A stretch of 30,353 bases of DNA from a virus (Duplodnaviria; Caudoviricetes), in the IMG/VR virus record IMGVR_UViG_3300033562_000027, positions 1 through 30,353 of that record; one strand, given 5' to 3'. Numbering within the stretch: the first letter of the stretch is position 1; each line of letters opens with the position of its first letter. Below are positions 8,821 to 18,737 of the stretch, in pieces. The position numbers and the translations under genes are program-made. The notes under the pieces were generated by a model. That model was not told where the DNA came from and searched no databases. It saw nothing but the letters and a program-made list of their open reading frames with translations.

Positions 8821-11397
8821 ATGGCAACAATAACCGTGGATACATATTTGGACGGTGGTGTAGCACGTACTGCGGGTGAGACATGGGCATGTAACGGTGG
8901 GCGTTTAACCATCAGGACAGACACTCGTTGGCACGCTAACGCTCCTGCCAGTATGACTGGTACGCTTGGATCGGTAACGATCTCTGCAACGCTTGGTGGT
9001 GGCTACACTGTTGACGGTCGCAACGTGCGCTGGCTGGCTATCACCGGAGGTTCAGGTACTGCTGCTATCGGCACAACTGTTACGCAAGGTGGCGTGTCTG
9101 GATATTTCCTTGGCTATTGGGCATCTCTCACGTCTGCACCTTCTACCACCATCGGGGCTACTGGCTTTATCAAGCTGCGTGAAGTAACGGGCGGGGCGTT
9201 CTCTGCTGGTGCGCTCTCTGGCATCACAGCTACTGCTGCGGGTGCTGATGTAGTGGGCTGGATTGAGGTTATGCAGGATCAGCTATCCAACATCACCGTT
9301 CCACGACTCGGCGACTTTACTGTTCGTGGTGATTGGTTCGATCTTGGAGTAACCACAGGGTCAGCCAACCAGCTTGTGCAACTACCTACCAACGGATCTG
9401 CCACCTGTTACGTTCCCGGCGTGTGGATTGCCAACACCGACACACCGACCACGGATGAACATTACGACTTTTATCCGTCCATTTATGCAGCCGCCATGAT
9501 AACCACCAACTTTGGTACAGACATTCGCAGCCAGTTTGTCTGCATGGAAACCACCGGAGCTGTTCGTATCGGGCATAACGGCACCACGGCGGTTTGCTAT
9601 GTTCCGCCGGCAGGGCGCAAGATCAGGGTGCCCAACGTATTTGGGAGACAGTGCGCCGCAGCGACAAGGGCCACCACCGCTATCCCCCACGCCACCGCAG
9701 CGACACGCCCAGACTTCACTACCACATCAGCCGGTTATATAGACGTTGAGTATTTCCTCAATGATTGGTACTTCCTTCTTGCCCAGCCGTACAACGTAAA
9801 GTTCAACCACTTCGCTACGTTTGATTATATCAACATCAGCGAGTGTGCAACCGCACTTGATATTTATGATGGTGGTAACGGCATCAGCCAGACACTTGAC
9901 GCCAGAACGGTCACGCTTACGTCAAATTTTGCCGGTGGCAGGGTAGAGAAATACACTTCCCACCGTCATCAGGCAGGAACCACAGACCACGCCTTTGAAG
10001 TGCTGTACTGCCAAGGCCAGACCTTCACCAATGTGAAGAGTGGTATTGTCACCTTTGTCCGTTCTTCAGGCGTTGCGTTTCAGGCAACACAGTGTACCGG
10101 CTTAACTTTTGATGGCTGCTACAACTTCAATCAGTCGATCAACTTCACCACCTGTTTCGATTGCACGGTCAATGACCACGATCATACCGATAGATTTGTA
10201 GGGGCGACCACGACAGCTGGCGTCTATGCCATCGTTATCGCTGCATCGTCAGACAATATTGTTGTCGATGGTGTGACGTTCGGGATGCGTGGGCAGATTG
10301 CTAACGTCCATCCTTACACCGGCATTATCAACATGAGCCTATCCAGCAACGTGAAGTTCAGAAACTTTGGAACTCGATCTGCTTATCTTAATGGCGGCAC
10401 TGCCAACCAACCTGCCTACATTTTTATATCAGGCGGCAACAACAGAAACGTAAAGTTCCAACGGATGTACCTTACCCCCACCAGAACCGGAGCAATCAGT
10501 ACGCTTAACTCTGACAAGAACATGACCTATGAGCATGTCTACGGGGATGGTGCAGATGCAATCGTTCTGGCAAGCTTGAACAGTACCGCAAAGAACTGTG
10601 GGGGAACCAGCTCTGTAACTGGTCAGGCATCGGTTTACGGTACTCATTTCTGGGATGCTTTTGTGTCCGATACCGTTGGCAGAATAACCCTGCCAATGAA
10701 CGAGTCAACCGCTGATACTGCCCCCTATGTGACGATAGTGGCAGGTACGCCAAAGTTCACTTCCGCCGGTCAGATAGTTATGCAGAGCCTGAATGATGAA
10801 GTGATCTTTGAACAGCACTATTTTGCCCTTGGAGTTGTCAGTTTCACCAACACCGCCCCCGTTGTCACTGGCACCAACGTAACCTATGTTTCCGGCCCTG
10901 ATTGGGGGAACCACGATATTTATTTCCAGTATGACAAAGGTGCTGGATGGAATGGTAGCTGGCTGGATCTGACTGCTGCAAACCTTGTAGCGGTAGGAGC
11001 TATTGACCCAAGCATAGGGGTGAAGCTGAAATATCGTATTGTCTGTGATGCTGCATCAACAACCAATGCCATTACGTACATCAGAGTGCAGACAGACAGC
11101 ACGCTGGCAGCACAGTCGGCTAACCTATACCCGTTGGATGTGAACACACTGACGTTCACAGGATTACCAACTGGTACGGATATGGTGGTACTTGAGGCGG
11201 GTACGTCTACTATCCTGTATCAGGTGGATTCGTATGGAAGCACAAGTATTCCTTACGTCTATTCAGGAGCAGATACCATTGATGTAGGATTTATTAAGCC
11301 GGGGTATGTACCACAGTATCTTAGAGGTTTAAGCATAGACACTACTGATTCAAGCATTCCAATTTCTCTTACACAAGACCGCAACTATACAGCATAG
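8821..11397 (+). CDS. Large beta-rich virion fibre/spike protein (possible parallel beta-helix)
   Basis: 858 aa, Thr/Gly/Asn-rich. Repeating beta-helix-like turns (QTFTNV, LTFDGC, IVVDGV, VKFRNF, VKFQRM, MTYEHV). Confidence 0.6.
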   Translation: MATITVDTYLDGGVARTAGETWACNGGRLTIRTDTRWHANAPASMTGTLGSVTISATLGGGYTVDGRNVRWLAITGGSGTAAIGTTVTQGGVSGYFLGYWASLTSAPSTTIGATGFIKLREVTGGAFSAGALSGITATAAGADVVGWIEVMQDQLSNITVPRLGDFTVRGDWFDLGVTTGSANQLVQLPTNGSATCYVPGVWIANTDTPTTDEHYDFYPSIYAAAMITTNFGTDIRSQFVCMETTGAVRIGHNGTTAVCYVPPAGRKIRVPNVFGRQCAAATRATTAIPHATAATRPDFTTTSAGYIDVEYFLNDWYFLLAQPYNVKFNHFATFDYINISECATALDIYDGGNGISQTLDARTVTLTSNFAGGRVEKYTSHRHQAGTTDHAFEVLYCQGQTFTNVKSGIVTFVRSSGVAFQATQCTGLTFDGCYNFNQSINFTTCFDCTVNDHDHTDRFVGATTTAGVYAIVIAASSDNIVVDGVTFGMRGQIANVHPYTGIINMSLSSNVKFRNFGTRSAYLNGGTANQPAYIFISGGNNRNVKFQRMYLTPTRTGAISTLNSDKNMTYEHVYGDGADAIVLASLNSTAKNCGGTSSVTGQASVYGTHFWDAFVSDTVGRITLPMNESTADTAPYVTIVAGTPKFTSAGQIVMQSLNDEVIFEQHYFALGVVSFTNTAPVVTGTNVTYVSGPDWGNHDIYFQYDKGAGWNGSWLDLTAANLVAVGAIDPSIGVKLKYRIVCDAASTTNAITYIRVQTDSTLAAQSANLYPLDVNTLTFTGLPTGTDMVVLEAGTSTILYQVDSYGSTSIPYVYSGADTIDVGFIKPGYVPQYLRGLSIDTTDSSIPISLTQDRNYTA

Positions 11398-11409
11398 AAG
11401 GAGTAGCAC

Positions 11410-12795
11410 ATGGCTAAGATAACAAGTAAAACTTCGTTGGTGGTTGGAACCAACCTTGTGATAAACGAGCCAGCCAAGACTATTCAGTTTCTTGCTGCCG
11501 GTGATTTAGTGTTTAAGGATGGGGTCAGTTGGCAAGCACTGTATTCAAAGCTGGTGGACTTGTGGGCTACAAGTACCTATCAAGACTCCCCGTTCCCCTG
11601 CTATGCTATTGACGCATTATCTGGTCAGTTTCAGATTGGTACAGATGGAGCTACATTTTCTGGATGGTCATTCGCAGATGATACGACAAGGAATGCTCTG
11701 CGTGATGGTGGTTGGTCTGAATACTCGGCAGCCGGTGTTTTGTTGCAGCAGTACGCAGGATTCATTGGTCTGGGTTCTATCACCCCTGCTACCACTGTCC
11801 AGCCTTACTATCACTTGGATGCTGCTGACGCTCCTACCGACTTCCCTTTTACAGATCAGTTCAACGTGGGTGTTAAAGTCTATGGTGACAGCACACATGG
11901 TAATTTTGATAAACGTACCTATGCCAAAACCTTCTGCCGTGAGTATGGTAAGAAGTTTAAATCATCTATTCTAGCTGACACTGGTGCAACGGGAACAGGT
12001 GCTAACAAGGTCAACTTCCTCGTATCAAACGAAGACGACCTGAAGATTACCACGCTGCTTGGTACTGATCAGTCTACTGGCGACAGTGCAATGTCAGGTG
12101 CTCCTTACTCTGGTATCACCGTGGCTTACTATACCAGCGATCAAACTAGAACCATTGGAGTCACAGGTTATCCATTCAGAATTATCATTGAAGGCAATGG
12201 CGGAACGCTTGAGCAGATTTACGCAAAGATCCAGTACCTTCTTCGCCAGAACAGTGACATCAACGTGGGTGGCGATGCTGGAACAGTAACAGGCAAGACT
12301 GCTGCTGATCTGCTTACTTTTGTTGGGGACACACTGGTAACTGCTACAGGCGTTTATATTGATGACGTACTTGCTGCTGACAGTAACCGTGTTGAATTTT
12401 ATGACAAGAACGCTGTCAAGCGCACCAACCCCTATACTGCTGCTGGCAACATGGCATTTAACTCAGTGCTGGTCGGAGCAGGATCTTCTTATCGACTTAT
12501 GTTTACTACTGGGCCGGGTGCTGGTGATGACTTTGGTGAATCTGGTGCTATAACTGTTCAAGATGCAGACGACAATCCTATTACTGGAGCTATCGGCACA
12601 GGGACCATTGCTTTTACCTTTGACTACGACGGAGACACGCTTGGTGGTACAGCAGGTACGGACAAGCCTGTTACGTTAATTGGTATTCGCCCCGGCTCCG
12701 GTAAGTATGCCGTTGCTACAGGCTCCCTATCTCGATCAAAAGGCATCAGTCTGTCGTTGGTAGCAGAAGCAGATCGTGTGTACTCAGCAGCGTAA
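11410..12795 (+). CDS. Putative virion structural protein
   Basis: GAAGGAG RBS. 461 aa, Thr/Gly-rich, with N-terminal DGVSWQALYSKLVDLW...PFP. Confidence 0.6.
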   Translation: MAKITSKTSLVVGTNLVINEPAKTIQFLAAGDLVFKDGVSWQALYSKLVDLWATSTYQDSPFPCYAIDALSGQFQIGTDGATFSGWSFADDTTRNALRDGGWSEYSAAGVLLQQYAGFIGLGSITPATTVQPYYHLDAADAPTDFPFTDQFNVGVKVYGDSTHGNFDKRTYAKTFCREYGKKFKSSILADTGATGTGANKVNFLVSNEDDLKITTLLGTDQSTGDSAMSGAPYSGITVAYYTSDQTRTIGVTGYPFRIIIEGNGGTLEQIYAKIQYLLRQNSDINVGGDAGTVTGKTAADLLTFVGDTLVTATGVYIDDVLAADSNRVEFYDKNAVKRTNPYTAAGNMAFNSVLVGAGSSYRLMFTTGPGAGDDFGESGAITVQDADDNPITGAIGTGTIAFTFDYDGDTLGGTAGTDKPVTLIGIRPGSGKYAVATGSLSRSKGISLSLVAEADRVYSAA

Positions 12796-12804
12796 GGGGA
12801 TCTT

Positions 12805-13383
12805 GTGGCTAAGTTCGAGTTTGACGGACCAAACAAGAGAATAATTATGAAGGACGACACTGTGATAAATGGTGTCTCATCCTTCTCTGTTACAGAGCTA
12901 TGGACAGAGTGGTGCGATTGGATGGTGCTTGACGATAACCTCAAGTATGCACCAGCCTTAGATTCTCTGATGGTGCCCCTGTCAGCAACTGAGTTTGTAG
13001 GACCGTACTTGTTTATGAGAAATGATCTAGGATGGATGGGTGTACCACCACAAGTCAATCCATGTACCGTTATGATCGAGGGTTCGTTCTTTGGTTCAGA
13101 CCCAAACTCTCCAGTTATGGTGAATCACACGGCACAGGCAACAGATCTTATTATAAACAGATCAACCTTGACCTCGACAATGGTTACAAGCGGAGTATCT
13201 GGACCAACAGCGGCTGAGATAGCAGCAGAAGTATGGAACGCATTGATAGACAACTACGTCAATCCAGAGTCAGCCGGTTATGCCCTGGCAAATCTAAGCG
13301 GTGGCAGCGGTTCGTTGACGCAAGAGCAGAATGACCAGCTTATGAATACACTAACCACAGCGACATTTATAGGCATGAAGTAG
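12805..13383 (+). CDS. Putative virion structural protein
   Basis: GTG start with GGGG RBS. FDGPNKRI...ELWTEWCDW...NLKY pattern plus an 'AEIAAEVW' element seen in phage fibre proteins. Confidence 0.55.
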   Translation: MAKFEFDGPNKRIIMKDDTVINGVSSFSVTELWTEWCDWMVLDDNLKYAPALDSLMVPLSATEFVGPYLFMRNDLGWMGVPPQVNPCTVMIEGSFFGSDPNSPVMVNHTAQATDLIINRSTLTSTMVTSGVSGPTAAEIAAEVWNALIDNYVNPESAGYALANLSGGSGSLTQEQNDQLMNTLTTATFIGMK

Positions 13384-13415
13384 CGCACATACACGGCATT
13401 CATTGTCGTAAGGTG
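13382..13415 (+). promoter_or_regulatory. Putative late promoter copy 2: AGCGCACATAC-N16-TAAGGTG
   Basis: Exact motif, overlapping the upstream TAG stop. The ATG at 13421 lies 7 nt after the hexamer. Confidence 0.7.
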
Positions 13416-13420
13416 ACGAT

Positions 13421-13768
13421 ATGAGAGAAAGCTACGATCCTTTTGACTTAACCGGACAGGACACTGCCAAGGCTGATAAAACAGTCAAGGCACGGCTGGC
13501 CCGTGAAACAGAAGAGGATGATTACAAGTGGTTGATGGGTAGCAAAAGAGGCCGCCGGATACTCTGGCGGTTCATGGAACAGTCGGGAGTATTTAGGCCA
13601 AGTTTCAACACCAACGCAATGCAGATGGCATTCAACGAGGGGTTCAGGAATCTTGGTAATAGCGTTCTCCGCATGATCCACAACAGTTGCCCCGAACTAT
13701 ATCCCGTAATGATGAAGGAGCAAACAAATGTCCGACACACTGATGGAGCAAGCCACAACATCCAATGA
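13421..13768 (+). CDS. Bbp19-like protein
   Basis: DYKWLMGSKRGRRILW...MAFNEGFRNLG signature, located before the scaffold gene. Confidence 0.8.
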   Translation: MRESYDPFDLTGQDTAKADKTVKARLARETEEDDYKWLMGSKRGRRILWRFMEQSGVFRPSFNTNAMQMAFNEGFRNLGNSVLRMIHNSCPELYPVMMKEQTNVRHTDGASHNIQ

Positions 13769-14315
13769 AGGCGAAGCTACCACGGAAGAACAGTCTACTC
13801 AGACGGATGAGCAGGCCACTCAGACAGAGCAGACTGAAACTGAAGCACAGCAAGGCGCACCTGAAAAGTATGAGTTTGTAGCACCAGAGGGCAAACAGTT
13901 TGATGACGAGGTAATGAATGTTTACTCCGAGGTGATGAAGGAACTGGATCTGCCACAGGACAAGGCGCAGAAGATACTCGACAAGGTCAACCCCATCCTT
14001 GAGAAGAGGCAGGCCGAGAAGATCGAAGCGATCCATAGCGAGTGGAGTGAAACCAGCAAGACTGACAAGGAGTTTGGCGGAGAGAAGTTACAAGAGAATC
14101 TTTCCATCGCCAAGAAGACCCTTGAAAAATACGGAACTCCTGAACTGAGTGAACTGATCAACAAGTCAGGACTAGGCAACAACCCAGAGGTGATACGCCT
14201 CTTTTATCGTGTCGGCAAGGATCTATCCACCGATACATTCGTGGGAGGGCAGCGGTCAGGTAAAGACAATGCCCCTAAATCGACATCAGAACTCGCAACA
14301 TCACTATATTCATAA
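13728..14315 (+). CDS. Capsid scaffolding/assembly protein
   Basis: Acidic N-terminus, APEKYEF, DKEFGG and GLGNNPEVIRLFYRVGK. Directly upstream of the major capsid gene. AAGGAG RBS. Confidence 0.8.
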   Translation: MSDTLMEQATTSNEGEATTEEQSTQTDEQATQTEQTETEAQQGAPEKYEFVAPEGKQFDDEVMNVYSEVMKELDLPQDKAQKILDKVNPILEKRQAEKIEAIHSEWSETSKTDKEFGGEKLQENLSIAKKTLEKYGTPELSELINKSGLGNNPEVIRLFYRVGKDLSTDTFVGGQRSGKDNAPKSTSELATSLYS

Positions 14316-14327
14316 GGAGAAACTACA

Positions 14328-15347
14328 ATGGCAACTTTAACCGCAACGAGTTTGACCCTTGCAGACTGGGCAAAGCGACTTGATCCCGATGGCAACGTGG
14401 GCAAAGTAGGTGAACTGCTTTCCCAAACTAACGAAGTTCTTGACGATGCAGTATTTAAAGAGGGCAACCTGCCCACTGGTGAGCGTGTTGTAATCCGTAC
14501 CGGCCTGCCTGCTGTTTATTACAGGATGATGAACCAAGGTATTCCGAACAGCAAGTCAACCACTGCAACCATCGATGAAGCATGTGCAATGTTGGAAGCA
14601 CGTTCAGAAGTTGACAAGGATCTGGCAGAGCTTAACGGCAATGTTGGTGCTTTCCGTGGATCTGAGGATCTGGCATTCCTTGAGGCAATGAACCAGGAGA
14701 TGGCAAGCTGCATGTTCTACGGCAACCCTTCCACGGATCCCAAGAAGTTCCTGGGCCTTGCAACTCGTTACAGCCTGACTTCTGCCGGCAACGGTACGAA
14801 CATCATCTCTGCCGGTGGTGCTTCCACTGATAACACTTCCATCTACCTGGTAGTGTGGGGTGATAACACTGTTTATTGCCCGTTCCCTAAAGGTTCCAAA
14901 GCTGGACTGATGCATGAAGATCTGGGTGAGCAGACTGTTTACAACTCTGACGGCACCCGTATGCAGGCACTGGCAACCCGTTATCAGTGGAAAAACGGTC
15001 TTGTTGTGAAGGACTGGCGTTATGTAGTCCGTATTCCCAACATTGACGTGTCTGATCTGCTGGCCGGAACTGGCACACAGGCATCTACCGCAGCAACCGC
15101 AATCATCAAGCTGATGACCCGTGCGCTGTACAAGATTCCTAACCTGGCAATGGGCCGTCCTGCATTCTACATGAACCGCACCGTTCATAGTGGTCTGGCT
15201 CTGGCTGCTCTGGATAAAACCCAGAACGTACTGAAGATCAACGAAGGTCTGAGCCAGTACGGTACGCCACAGAGCTGGCTGTCATTCCTTGGCGTTCCTC
15301 TCCGCAAGGTTGATTCCCTGCTGAACAACGAGTCAGTCGTATCCTAA
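14328..15347 (+). CDS. Major capsid protein (BPP-1 Bbp17-like)
   Basis: 339 aa with a TAAGGAG RBS. TLADWAKRLDPDG...LSQTNEVLDD...RTGLP, GLVVKDWRYVVRI and FLGVPLRKVD motifs. Confidence 0.92.
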   Translation: MATLTATSLTLADWAKRLDPDGNVGKVGELLSQTNEVLDDAVFKEGNLPTGERVVIRTGLPAVYYRMMNQGIPNSKSTTATIDEACAMLEARSEVDKDLAELNGNVGAFRGSEDLAFLEAMNQEMASCMFYGNPSTDPKKFLGLATRYSLTSAGNGTNIISAGGASTDNTSIYLVVWGDNTVYCPFPKGSKAGLMHEDLGEQTVYNSDGTRMQALATRYQWKNGLVVKDWRYVVRIPNIDVSDLLAGTGTQASTAATAIIKLMTRALYKIPNLAMGRPAFYMNRTVHSGLALAALDKTQNVLKINEGLSQYGTPQSWLSFLGVPLRKVDSLLNNESVVS

Positions 15348-15353
15348 ATAACA

Positions 15354-15375
15354 GGGGCGGTGTAACAGCCGCCCC
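15354..15375 (+). repeat. GC-rich hairpin after the major capsid gene (copy 1 of a 21-nt repeat)
   Basis: GGGGCGG-TGTAACAG-CCGCCCC, with no U-tract. Confidence 0.7.
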
Positions 15376-15398
15376 ATAATTCCGAAAGGAGCATCACC

Positions 15399-15836
15399 AT
15401 GATTACCGATAAGAACCTACGCGTTTCAACTGATCAGGCTGTCACTGCTACTGCGGTATCAACTGACACCATTGATCTTACCAAAGCAATGGATATTGGA
15501 GAAGGCAAGCCGCTGTATATGGTTTTCACCGTGACTACCACTTTCCTTACTCTGACTTCGCTTGCCTTTAACGTCATTGCCGACACTGCTGTAAACCTTG
15601 GCACTGCAACGGTGCTGGCATCTACTGGCGCAATCACTCTGGCATCCGGTGGTCTTGCCGCTGGTCAGCAATACACCCTAGCCATTCCCCCTGCCATTGC
15701 TTCACTTGGCAAGCAGTATCTGGGCGCATCGTACACCGTTAGCGGGTCTTCTGCTACTGCTGGCAAAGTAACCTGCGACATCGTTGAAGCTATCCAGGAT
15801 GGCCGGAAGTATTACGCATCTGGATTTACCGCATAA
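15399..15836 (+). CDS. Capsid cement/decoration protein (Bbp16-like)
   Basis: MITDKNL..S..QAVTATAVST..IDL N-terminus and QYLGASYTV...TAGKV, directly after the major capsid gene. Confidence 0.85.
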   Translation: MITDKNLRVSTDQAVTATAVSTDTIDLTKAMDIGEGKPLYMVFTVTTTFLTLTSLAFNVIADTAVNLGTATVLASTGAITLASGGLAAGQQYTLAIPPAIASLGKQYLGASYTVSGSSATAGKVTCDIVEAIQDGRKYYASGFTA

Positions 15837-15846
15837 GGGGTGATTT

Positions 15847-15990
15847 ATGCCGACTTACAAAGTGCTGGTTAAGTCATTCATCAACAACGCTCTGCTGGAA
15901 GAGGGTGACACTGTTGAGTATGACGGAAAGCCTGGCAGCAACCTTGAACTGATCAAGGATGTGAAAAGGAAACAAGCCGTAGAGGAGTAG
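15847..15990 (+). CDS. Small hypothetical virion-associated protein (47 aa)
   Basis: Not in the ORF track. AAGGGGTG RBS. Translates to MPTYKVLVKSFINNALLEEGDTVEYDGKPGSNLELIKDVKRKQAVEE. Confidence 0.7.
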   Translation: MPTYKVLVKSFINNALLEEGDTVEYDGKPGSNLELIKDVKRKQAVEE

Positions 15991-15995
15991 CGAAC

Positions 15996-16024
15996 GGGGC
16001 GGTGTAACAGCCGCCCTTCTTTTT
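15996..16024 (+). terminator. Rho-independent terminator after the head genes (copy 2 of the 21-nt repeat)
   Basis: GGGGCGGTGTAACAGCCGCCC followed by TTCTTTTT. Confidence 0.75.
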
Positions 16025-16032
16025 AGGAGGCG

Positions 16033-16686
16033 ATGATGGCATCAGAAGTTCAGATATGTAACCTGGCCCTGGCTAATCTGGGCGATACCGCCACTGTTGC
16101 CAGCCTTAACCCGCCCGAAGGATCAGCACAGGCAGAACACTGTGCCAGATTCTACCCAATAGCCCGTGATGCGTTAATCGAAATGCATGCATGGGATTTC
16201 TGTATGAAGCGTGTAACACTGGCACTGACAACCAGCACTGTATCTGGATGGCAATACTGCTACGCCGTGCCGTCAGATATGGTTGACGCTCTATCCATAA
16301 TCCCTTCTGATTCCTCAGATGATTACAGCACTTCAACATCCTATGACTTTGATAACAAAGCGATTGGCGGCTACACTCCCCAACCGTTTCAAATAGAACT
16401 GGTGAATGGCAGTCTGTGCATTCTCACTAATCAGGAAAACGCCGTACTCCGGTATAAAATAGGCAACAGCGATACAACCAAGTTCACCTCGTTATTTGTT
16501 GTGACACTCGCATGGTATCTGGCATCAATGCTGGCTGGCCCTATTATCAAGGGTGATGCCGGTGCTGCCGAAAGCAAAAGATGCTTGCAGATGTTCCAAG
16601 CTCATCTGGTGCAGGCAACGTCAGGGGATTCCGTATCTCGCTGTATCAAGCCCACGCATTCAGTAGTCTGGCTGTCAGGGAGATAA
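16033..16686 (+). CDS. Tail tubular protein A / adaptor (T7 gp11-like)
   Basis: SEVQICNLALANLG...YPIARDALIEMHAWDF signature. AGGAGG RBS. Confidence 0.85.
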   Translation: MMASEVQICNLALANLGDTATVASLNPPEGSAQAEHCARFYPIARDALIEMHAWDFCMKRVTLALTTSTVSGWQYCYAVPSDMVDALSIIPSDSSDDYSTSTSYDFDNKAIGGYTPQPFQIELVNGSLCILTNQENAVLRYKIGNSDTTKFTSLFVVTLAWYLASMLAGPIIKGDAGAAESKRCLQMFQAHLVQATSGDSVSRCIKPTHSVVWLSGR

Positions 16687-16690
16687 CATC

Positions 16691-18736
16691 ATGGCAAACA
16701 TGAGAACCTTTCAGCGTTCGTTCTCTGGCGGAGAGATGGCTCCAGAGATGTTCGGGCAGATCAGTGATGTCAAGTATCAGTCAGGCTTGGCACTCTGCCG
16801 AAATTTCATTGTCAAACCCACAGGTCCGGTAGAAAACCGCGCTGGCTTTCAGTTCGTGCGTGAAGTAAAAGACTCTGCCAAAATAACGAGGCTGATCCCT
16901 TTCACATTCAACACTACCCAGACGATGGTGATCGAACTATCTCCTGGCTACTTCAGGTTCCATACTGGCGGTGCTACCGTAATGAGCGGAGAGAGTCCTT
17001 ATGAAATAACCAACCCGTATGCTGAAGCAGATATATTCGACATTCACTATGTTCAATCATCTGACGTATTGACGCTGGTTCATCCTAATTATGCCCCAAG
17101 GGAACTTCGCCGGATTGGTGCCACAAACTGGCAACTGGTCACGATCTCATTTGCATCATCTGTGTCTGCTCCAACTGGTGTAGGTGCTACCACTGCCGGA
17201 TGCACTACGACCAAATACACATATGACTATGTTGTCACTGCCATTGCTTCAGATCTCATCTCTGAATCGGTTCAGTCCACGCATGCTACTATTGCTTCAA
17301 ACCTGAATGAAACTGGCTGCACCGTAACGGTGGCGTGGTCTGCTGTATCAGGTGCATCTGGCTACAACGTCTATAAGCTCCAGGGTGGTCTGTATGGCTA
17401 CATAGGGCAGACTTCAAGCTTGGCAATAGTGGATGACAACATCATGCCGGATCTGTCTAAGACTCCGCCAACCTATGAAACGGTATTCAACACGACTGGG
17501 GAATACCCTGGCGCAGTTTCCTACAATGAACAGCGCAGATGCTTTGCAGGCACAGCAAACAAGCCTCAGAATATCTGGATGACTAAATCCGGTACTGAAT
17601 CGGATATGTCCTATTCACTGCCCATCAGAGACAGTGACAGGATCTCGTTTCGTGTTGCTGCCCGTGAAGCGAATACCATCCGGCACATAGTTCCATTATC
17701 ACAGTTGCTGCTACTTACATCTGCCGCTGAATGGCGGGTAACATCAGTCAACTCCGATGCCATTACCCCGTCATCGGTATCAGTCAAGCCGCAGAGTTAT
17801 ATTGGTTCATCCAATGTCCAGCCCGTTATCGTGAATAACTCCCTGATCTACGGGGCGTCACGGGGCGGTCACGTCAGAGAGCTTGGCTATAACTGGCAGG
17901 CATCAGGTTTTGTTACAGGTGATCTGTCTATCCGTTCTGCGTACCTGTTTGATGGATATGACATCACTGATATGTGCTACTCCAAAGCCCCTCATTCACT
18001 CCTTTGGTTTATCTCAACGTCAGGCAAATTACTTGGATTCACCTATATTCCAGAACAGCAGATAGGGGCATGGCATCAGCATGATACTGACGGCATGTTT
18101 GAAACCTGCACCTGTGTTGCCGAGGGTAGCGAGGACGTGCTGTATGTTATTGTGAAGAGAACCATTAACGGGGCAGTCAAGCGATATGTGGAACGTCTTT
18201 CCACCCGGTTATTCAGTGATCAATCTGATGCGTTCTTTGTTGATTCAGGCGTTAAATACAGCGGCACTCCTGCCGATGTCATCAGTGGACTAAATCACCT
18301 TGAGGGCAAAACCGTCAGTATTTTGGCGGATGGTGCCGTGCATCCTCAGTGTGTGGTTACGGGCGGTCAAATAACGCTGAACATCGAAGCATCAACAATC
18401 CAGATTGGTCTGCCAATTCAGGCAGATATCAAGACACTGCCAGCCGTCATGCAAATAGATGGATTCGGCCAGGGCAGATACAAGAACGTCAACAAGGCAT
18501 GGCTCAGAGTCTACAGATCTTCAGGCATATTTGTCGGGCCTGATTCTGATCATCTTGTCGAAGCAAAGCAGAGAAGCATCGAGCCATATGGTACTGCTCC
18601 GGCATTAAAGACTGAAGAGATCCAGATAACACTGACACCCTCATGGGATGATGGCGGTCAGGTATTCGTGCGCCAGAATGATCCATTGCCGCTTGACATT
18701 GTATCGCTGACGCTTGAAGTGGCTATAGGGGGATAA
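16691..18736 (+). CDS. Tail tubular protein B / nozzle (T7 gp12-like)
   Basis: QRSFSGGEMAP...NFIV.PTGPVENRAG N-terminus, AWHQHDT and C-terminal RQNDPLPLDI. Confidence 0.88.
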   Translation: MANMRTFQRSFSGGEMAPEMFGQISDVKYQSGLALCRNFIVKPTGPVENRAGFQFVREVKDSAKITRLIPFTFNTTQTMVIELSPGYFRFHTGGATVMSGESPYEITNPYAEADIFDIHYVQSSDVLTLVHPNYAPRELRRIGATNWQLVTISFASSVSAPTGVGATTAGCTTTKYTYDYVVTAIASDLISESVQSTHATIASNLNETGCTVTVAWSAVSGASGYNVYKLQGGLYGYIGQTSSLAIVDDNIMPDLSKTPPTYETVFNTTGEYPGAVSYNEQRRCFAGTANKPQNIWMTKSGTESDMSYSLPIRDSDRISFRVAAREANTIRHIVPLSQLLLLTSAAEWRVTSVNSDAITPSSVSVKPQSYIGSSNVQPVIVNNSLIYGASRGGHVRELGYNWQASGFVTGDLSIRSAYLFDGYDITDMCYSKAPHSLLWFISTSGKLLGFTYIPEQQIGAWHQHDTDGMFETCTCVAEGSEDVLYVIVKRTINGAVKRYVERLSTRLFSDQSDAFFVDSGVKYSGTPADVISGLNHLEGKTVSILADGAVHPQCVVTGGQITLNIEASTIQIGLPIQADIKTLPAVMQIDGFGQGRYKNVNKAWLRVYRSSGIFVGPDSDHLVEAKQRSIEPYGTAPALKTEEIQITLTPSWDDGGQVFVRQNDPLPLDIVSLTLEVAIGG

Positions 18737-18737
18737 G

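Noticed and set aside
11519-11974. 151-aa alternative-frame ORF in the 461-aa gene
   Set aside because: The Leu/Val/Met-rich composition is typical of a frameshifted shadow, and no promoter or RBS was seen.
14604-15188. 194-aa antisense ORF in the capsid gene, and similar shadows such as 24981-25469 and 13644-14036
   Set aside because: No recognisable motifs or expression signals seen. These are explained by codon bias of the sense gene, unlike the HNH ORF.
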